NCBI GenBank assembly: GCA_002269645.1
Contig: NIVC01000118.1
Location: forward strand, 124,001-188,000
Length of the DNA: 64,000 nt
Direction: 5' to 3'
DNA from: Macrostomum lignano
Taxonomy: Eukaryota
Shown: one piece after another, positions 57,501-64,000 of the stretch
How positions within the stretch are numbered: position 1 is the first letter of the stretch
Layout of the letters: every line of letters starts with the position of its first letter
Translations under genes and position numbers: made by a program
Notes under the pieces: model-generated
What the model saw: the letters and a program-made list of their open reading frames with translations, nothing else
Database searches by the model: none
Told to the model about the DNA's origin: nothing

Positions 57501-60500
57501 TGCGACCGAGCTTTGACAGGTAATTGCCTGACGACTGCTGATGACGTTGCGGCCAACGATGCTGACGCCGTCGCTGAGCACCGTCAAATGGGCTACCGGC
57601 TAGTAGACCGGGGTTCGAGCTCGCAGTTGCACACCTTCCAAATCGATTCGAATTCCGGCGACGTGTGCCTGAATTCCACGCCGAAATTGTGCACCGCCGG
57701 TGTCTACCGATTTCAGCTGGAGGTCTTCGACAAGGACAGGCCGCGCGGCCGCGTCAGTCGGAAGCTGGTGATCGTCACTTTCGAGGGCGGCGGTCGGCGA
57801 CCGGGCAGTTCAGTCGCTGCTAATGACAACCGGTGGCTGTCAGGCCACGGCAACGATCCGACACTGTCGGCCGGAGGTGGCGCCGCTGACGGCGAGAATT
57901 TCAACGGGAGCGAAAGAGATGCCAAGCCGGCAGTGCTGGCTTCGGTGCTAATCGTGTTCCTGGTGGCTCTGGTGGGCCTGACCACTTTGGTGGTGATTAT
58001 TCTGCTGCGCTGGTGCGCGGGTCACCGTCATAAAAGTGCACCTAGTGAGTGACGCCTCAACGATAAGAGCTCTTGGTTGTGGGAGCATATCGTCGAAGGC
58101 TTTGCGCCAGGGTGTCCAAAACAGTCGTACTTTTATATTCTGTTCCAACAAGAGCGGAAATTGTAATGAGGAGCCAAAATAGAAAATAGGATTATATCTG
58201 AGCATTCGGGTATTACAGGTAGTAATGTTGGAAACTTCTGAAGCCTATAACTTCAAAAAGCTAAATATTGACGCTTATAAAAGCTCTATTTAAATGGGTC
58301 TTTCAACACTGTGGAGTTTGACTATATAAACTTTAACTTTCGAATTTATGAAAGCCTAAAGCCTGAAGCTTACGCAATGAAAAATTAGTTTTTCTGTTAA
58401 TTTTTTTAGTATCAAAAGTCCTAGAAGAAGCATGCCTTATACTCGTACTATAGTATTGCCATCGATTTTTTCCTTTTTTCGTGAATCTGCCTTTTGTAAG
58501 CTGCCTGATCAGTTGTGGTCTTTTTCCAATGCACTCGGTCTCAAGTCACACCGAGCGAGAGGAAGAGAGAGAAGTGGAAAAAATGAGCAATTCTTGCGGT
58601 AAGTAAAAGAAGGATTTTCTGAATAATGCTCATCTGAGCAGCTGTAGCTAACGGCTGAGCTCACGACTGAGCACATTAATCCAAGACTGACTATGCGGAA
58701 TGCTGCATTGGATAGTCAGGGGGCCTTGATTCAGATGGGGGCAGATTATCTTATTTAGTGGGTTTCTTGTCTTAGTAAAATGAAATATCAATGCAATTTT
58801 GTTTATTTTAAACATTTTCGATGATTAATTAAAAGATAAGATTGTATCATCGTTTGTGTCAATAATTTCGGTTACGCCTGACTACATCATCCTGTCAAAT
58901 TTCAGACGACAATCGCTCAAGAACACAGGGCACATCGGTGGTGAGTTCGTCAACTCAACAGAATCAGCAGAGGCAGCTGCAACAGTCAATAGGCTGCCTG
59001 TCTCCCATGGATGTTTCCGCGAGCAGTTCAGAGAGAGTCTTGCTTGATAAACAGTATGCCATGGTGAGCAGAGCTCTTCATGTCTGTCACTCCAGTATCA
59101 CTCTTGAGTGTCTGTCACTCCATGCAGTATCAGTCTCGGTGCCTGTCACTCCAGTATCACTCTTGAGTTTCTGTCACTCCATGCAGTATCAGTTTCGGTG
59201 CCTGTCACTCCATGCAGTATCAGTCTCGGTGCCTGTCACTCCATGCATTATCAGTCTCGGTGCCTGTCACTCCAGTATCAGTCTCGGTGTCTGTCACTCC
59301 AGTATCAGTCTCGGTGTCTGTCACTCCAGTATCAGTCTCGGTGTCTGTTCACTCCAGTATCAGTCTCAGTGCCTGTCACTCCAGTATCAGTCTCAGTGCC
59401 TGTCACTCCAGTATCAGTCTCGGTGTCTGTCACTCCAGTATCAGTCTCGGTGCCTGTCACTCCAGTATCAGTCTCGGTGTCTGTTCACTCCAGTATCAGT
59501 CTCGGTGCCTGTCACTCCATGCAGTATCAGTCTCGGTGTCTGTCACTCCAGTATCAGTCTCGGTGCCTGTCACTCCAGTATCAGTCTCGGTGTCTGTCAC
59601 TCCAGTATCAGTCTCGGTGCCTGTAACTCCAGTATCAGTCTCGGTGCCTGTAACTCCAGTATCAGTCTCAGTGCCTGTCACTCCAGTATCAGTTTCGGTG
59701 CCTGTCACTCCAGTATCAGTATCGGTGCCTGTCACTCCAGTATCAGTCTCGGTGCCTGTCGCTCCGCAGGTAGCGATGCCAGGCGCAGGAGGCGGTGGTT
59801 CGCATCGATATGACAGCCTCGGCAGGCAGCAGCCGCACCGGCATCCGCAGCGACACCGCAACGCCTCGTTGAACAACGGCGACGACCTTAGCTCTGTAGA
59901 AGATGATCCAGACGCCGCCGCCGCCGCCGCCGTTGCTGCAGCAAACGCAAGCAGAACGATGCGTGAGTTATCGATCGTGCTCGTTTCCTGGACACACATT
60001 TATCGCATAACGATTAAAAGCGAATTATTAACAAATCGGGTTAGCGGTATGGGGTTAGCGGTGTGGAGTTAGCGGTGTGGGGTTAGCGGTGCGGGGTTAG
60101 TTGTGTGGGGTTAGCGGTGCGGGGTTAGTTGTGTGGAGTTAGCGGTGTGGGGTTAGTGGTGTGGGGTTAGCGGTGTGGGGTTAGCGCGGTGTGGGGTTAG
60201 TGGTGTGGGGTTAGCGGTGTGGGGTTAGCGCGGTGTGGGGTTAGCGGTGTGGGGTTAGCGCGGTGTGGGGTTAGTTGTGTTGGGTTAGTGGTGTGGGGTT
60301 AGTGGTGTGGGGTTAGCGGTGTGGGGTTAGCGCGGTGTGGGGTTCGTTGTGTGGGGTTAGCGGTGTGGGGTTAGCGGTGTGGGGTTAGCGGTGTGGGGTT
60401 AGCGGTGTAGGGTTAGCGGTGTGGGGTTAGCGGTGTAGGGTTAGCGGTGTGGGGTTAGCGGTGTGGGGTTAGCGGTGTGGGGTTAGCGCGGTGTGGGGTT

Positions 60501-61121
60501 AGCGGTGTAGGGTTAGCGGTGTGGGGTTAGCGGTGTGGGGTTAGCGGTGTGGGGTTAGCGCGGTGTGGGGTTAGTTGTGTTGGGTTAGTGGTGTGGGGTT
60601 AGTGGTGTGGGGTTAGCGGTGTGGGGTTAGCGGTGTGGGGTTAGCGGTGTGGGGTTCAGAGACTTATGAAATCAAAATAGTAAATTTATCTTCAATTTGA
60701 AAACCACCTTCTATGCAACTGGTAAGTCATCGCATTCATTCGCCACAATGATGCCCTCTCAGCTACGAAGGTCATCAGCTCAAGCAGCAGTAGAAACTAC
60801 CGCAGCCAGCAGCAGCTGTTGTTGCACTATCAGGGTCAGCAGCACCAGCGGGCAGCCTACCAGGAGCTCACCCAGCCTCTGCCGCCGCATCACTCCGGCA
60901 GTGAGGGCTACATGGCCTGCCAGCAGTTCCAGTTCCAGGTGCCGAGCTGCGTCTCCAGGCCAAGGATTAACGCCGATGGCGCCAGCAGCAGCGGCCAGTC
61001 GATGATGAACGCAGCCGAGCCGCTGGCGCAGAGCCGCTCGTGCTCCAGAATGATCGATTCGAAGCGGCCGAGCCAGCCGTCGTCTTTGAAGTCGTCATAT
61101 TTAACAATTAGCCACGTGTAG
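54553..61121 (+). CDS. Protocadherin with 7 EC repeats (delta-type-like), TM and Q/S-rich tail; exons 54553-56055, 56820-58044, 58906-59063, 59770-59962, 60763-61121; in-frame TAG at 54721-54723
   Basis: Signal peptide MPHLCRLAALFLAMAVVSA; six DxNDxxP-type linkers (DQNNSP, DVNDNAP, DENDNPP, DQNDNAP, DANDCYP, DVNDNFP); DRE and AxDxG motifs; TM AVLASVLIVFLVALVGLTTLVVIILL. Phases are consistent (3438 nt) and the protein ends ISHV. Confidence 0.9.
56297..56461. mobile_element. ~165-bp MITE-like inverted-repeat element in protocadherin intron 1
   Basis: aggtgcagtcaaggaccactagaagttaccgttgta and tacaacggtaacttcttagtggtccttggttgcaact are ~36-bp imperfect inverted repeats. Confidence 0.75.
56462..56790 (+). 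mobile_element. tRNA-derived SINE copy (short-body variant) abutting the MITE and ending ~30 nt before the exon 2 acceptor
   Basis: B-box-like ggctcgattct and a body matching the 26074 and 30109 copies. Confidence 0.85.
59088..59760. repeat. 27-bp minisatellite (ccagtatcagtctcggtgcctgtcact) filling a protocadherin intron
   Basis: About 24 units, running into the acceptor at 59767-59769. Confidence 0.95.
60043..60655. repeat. 14-16-bp G-rich minisatellite (ggggttagcggtgt) in the last protocadherin intron
   Basis: About 42 units, each containing GGGTTAG. Confidence 0.96.
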
Positions 61122-61477
61122 ATTTTGATGCAAGTGGTACATATAGGTGGAACATTAACAATAAGAATAATAATATACAGGCGCTATACTGAAGGCTGCG
61201 TTGGCTGTTCAGTCCAAGGACTTGGGGGGGGGGGGTCTCCACATGCACCCTCGACCAAGCAGAGTTTTCGACGGATGTCTTATGAAGCCTCCCATTTTGT
61301 AGCTGAGTGAACTACTGAATTGCAATGTAGAGTTAAATGTCTTGCGACCTTCTGAATTGCCACTCCGACGCTCTAAACTAGCAGGCTACAACCCCTTACG
61401 TAGGTGAGAGGACTTACTATAATTATCTGATAATAAAAACCAATAGAAGTTTTAATTAAATTAATCGGGAGCACGAA

Positions 61478-62118
61478 AAATTCCCGCAGGAGAATAGCCC
61501 GCAGGAGAATTGCCCGCAGAAGAATTGCCCGCGGGAGAATTGCCCGCAGGAGAGTTGCCCGCAGAAAAATTCCCGCAGGAGAATTGCCCGCGGGAGAATT
61601 GCCCGCAGGAGAATTGCCCGCGGGAGAATTGCCCGCAGGAGAATTGCCCGCAGAAGAATTGCCCGCAGAAGAATTGCTCGCAGGAGAATTGCCCGCTGGA
61701 GAATTGCCCGCAGGAGAATTGCCCGCAGAAGAATTGCCCGCAGAAGAATTGCTCGCAGGAGAATTGCCCGCAGAAGAATTGCCCGCGGGAGAATTGCCCG
61801 CAGGAGAGTTGCCCGCAGAAAAATTCCCGCAGGAGAATTGCCCGCAAAGCTTTTTTCCTGCAGCGCATTTTGGCAGCCAAATTCGATCTGTCTGCACTGC
61901 CCCCCGCAAAATATGCATTTGATATGCAGTTACCATCAAAACGTTTGATCGGGAAATTCTCTTTATTAAGACTTACTAAGCATTGGGGAGGCAATTCAGA
62001 CAAAATCTACCGCGTGGCCAAATGCAATTGCGGGCAAACCTTGGCGGGAAAAAAACTCGGCGGGCAATTCGCTCGCGGGCAATTCTCTTGCGGGCAATTC
62101 GTCTGCAGGCAATTCTCA
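61478..62118. repeat. 15-bp repeat array (gaattgcccgcagga, 61478-61850) with inverted copies (gcgggcaattc) at ~62030-62118; probable non-autonomous DNA element
   Basis: Direct array on the left and reverse-complement motif cluster on the right of a ~180-bp unique core. Confidence 0.75.
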
Positions 62119-64000
62119 TGGATCCAAATTATAAATCATTTGGACTTAAAAAGTTTGTGTAATATCGATATACATGTAAATATTCAATATATTTTTATCT
62201 ATACATTTACTTCATCTTACTACTCGCAGTAAAATATTTCCAGTAGTCATCTCAGCTGGCTATACGATCTCTTCCAGAAATATTTTGCATACTGTAACTA
62301 TCGTCTCAATTAAATCAATTAAATTTAAAACGTAATTAATCCGGGCTTTTATTTCTCTTTAGACTTTAGATCGACGTGTGCACTATATGTATTCTGAAAA
62401 AATATCTTGCTAATCGAATTATTGAATCTCGTGTTGCAGAATAATATATACATGTATTCCAACAAATATTTTTCTGGTTATTATATTTCCATAAATATAT
62501 TTTGCTTCCTATTTAAAACGCTCAAAATAAAATTCCTAATTCTCTAGTTTATTATTTTACTAGCAGAGAATTCTTCTATTTTATTGTCATTTACTGTTGC
62601 TCGTTAAATCATCGCACGTCGACAGGTTGGTGCCTGCATGTATGGTCTTTGCTTAAACGGGGCCAGCAATTGGTGAGCAGCAGCTAAATGAAAGACGTGT
62701 AGTGCTATATATAATTTAATTGTAGGCTTGTCAAGAAGACTCGACACAAAATCACGTGACCCATCTGTTGCAAACGCCGCAGGCGTTTGTTCCACCTAAG
62801 TATTGTTTGGTTAGATGTTCATGTCGCTGCTAGGCCCCTTCGGCAGCTATAGCTATTTCAAATTTAAGGCCTGATCGTTGTCTTGATTATCTTACATGAC
62901 CATTCTCAAAAGGGCCGCGCGAGAAGCAGCTGCACCCGAGTACGTCGAGTCTAGAGATGTCGCTCCCTGTAGTTTTGGGATGGCATGAACGTCGACAACT
63001 CAAAATTGAAAATCCGGAGGGTCTATATGAAACCGCCTGAAACAGTTGGATGAAACCTTTGGTCGCGGCCGCGGGGGCCGCGCGATCGAGTCCTCGATCT
63101 TTTGCCGCAGAATTTTATTCTCCATGTGGGCCGCACTATAAGCCTGCCGGTAATATAACTTACATTAACAACCTGCATCAAAAAAGTTCATGCATTTCAG
63201 AGTTATACGGCAGCAGAATATTACTGTACATGCACAATTGTATCAAAAGAATGTACGTGATCGACATTTAACAGCTTTCGCATTTCAAATCAAACGAATA
63301 TGCCTGAAGTGAGTGACGTGGGTGACCATTAAACAAAATCTATACATTTAGAAAGTCAGAGCTGTTCAAATAATACAAGTTTTCTGCTTGTTATTTTTTT
63401 ATACTTGTACAGAACAAAATCTGTGTCTTGCAATGCAACTGATTGTCACGGTGTAATAATACGTTCGTTGAAATGCTATAACAAATACTCTAGTGCAATT
63501 TGTTAAGTATTTAAAAAAATTGGATTTCAAATTACTATAATAATGCCTTTTTGCAAAAGTAGTTGTTCAGTAAAATCCAAAAAACATTTAAATTTCTATG
63601 AAATAGCACTGTACATGATCAATAAATTGTCACTCACTTGGTAATGTACTTTGTGTGAGTGAGTACAGTGCAAAAATGGGGCGATACAGCGGCGAGAGTG
63701 CACAAGAATGACTAACGTAGTCCCAGTCGCTGTGTCGCAGACTGCAAGTTATCAGTATCACTAATTAGGCCTAACTAATATTATTTATTGACAAAAACAA
63801 CGACTTTGCATATTTTTCTTACTTATTTTAAGGCTAGGCCAAGGGCCTACCTAACTACCTTTTTAACTTTGTCCGACTTGGAATATTCCGACCGTCATTC
63901 TTATTCCAACTCGTAATGTGGTTAAATTACAAGTCTGAATAATGGTTGGAATATTCCAACTCTTATTCCAACTGATTATTAAATACATTGCAAGAGTCAC

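Noticed and set aside
61373-62232. ENCPQ, GELPA and GNSPA ORFs
   Set aside because: Products of the 15-bp array.

Overview
This is eukaryotic genomic DNA, not prokaryotic. It has GT-AG spliced, GC-rich and Gln/Ala-rich exons, and introns and spacers filled with unrelated minisatellites. The style suggests a free-living flatworm such as Macrostomum (inference only). I could splice together nine genes by hand: the last exon of a SPRY-like gene (+); a KLHL10-like BTB-BACK-Kelch gene (-); an MPEG1/perforin-2-like MACPF gene (-); an unrecognised small secreted Cys-rich prepropeptide gene (+); a compact STIL/Ana2/SAS-5-like centriole gene (-); prenylcysteine oxidase (-); two uncharacterised genes (-), one with a possible Ras-binding-like domain; and a 7-EC protocadherin (+). 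Three otherwise intact genes each carry one apparent lesion: a frameshift in the Kelch gene, a tail frameshift in MPEG1, and an in-frame TAG in the protocadherin. The window also holds about 27 tandem arrays, a tRNA-derived SINE family (one full copy with a 13-bp TSD) and several MITE-like inverted-repeat elements. The long repetitive ORFs in the track are artefacts of the arrays. All homology calls are from remembered motifs; no searches were run.
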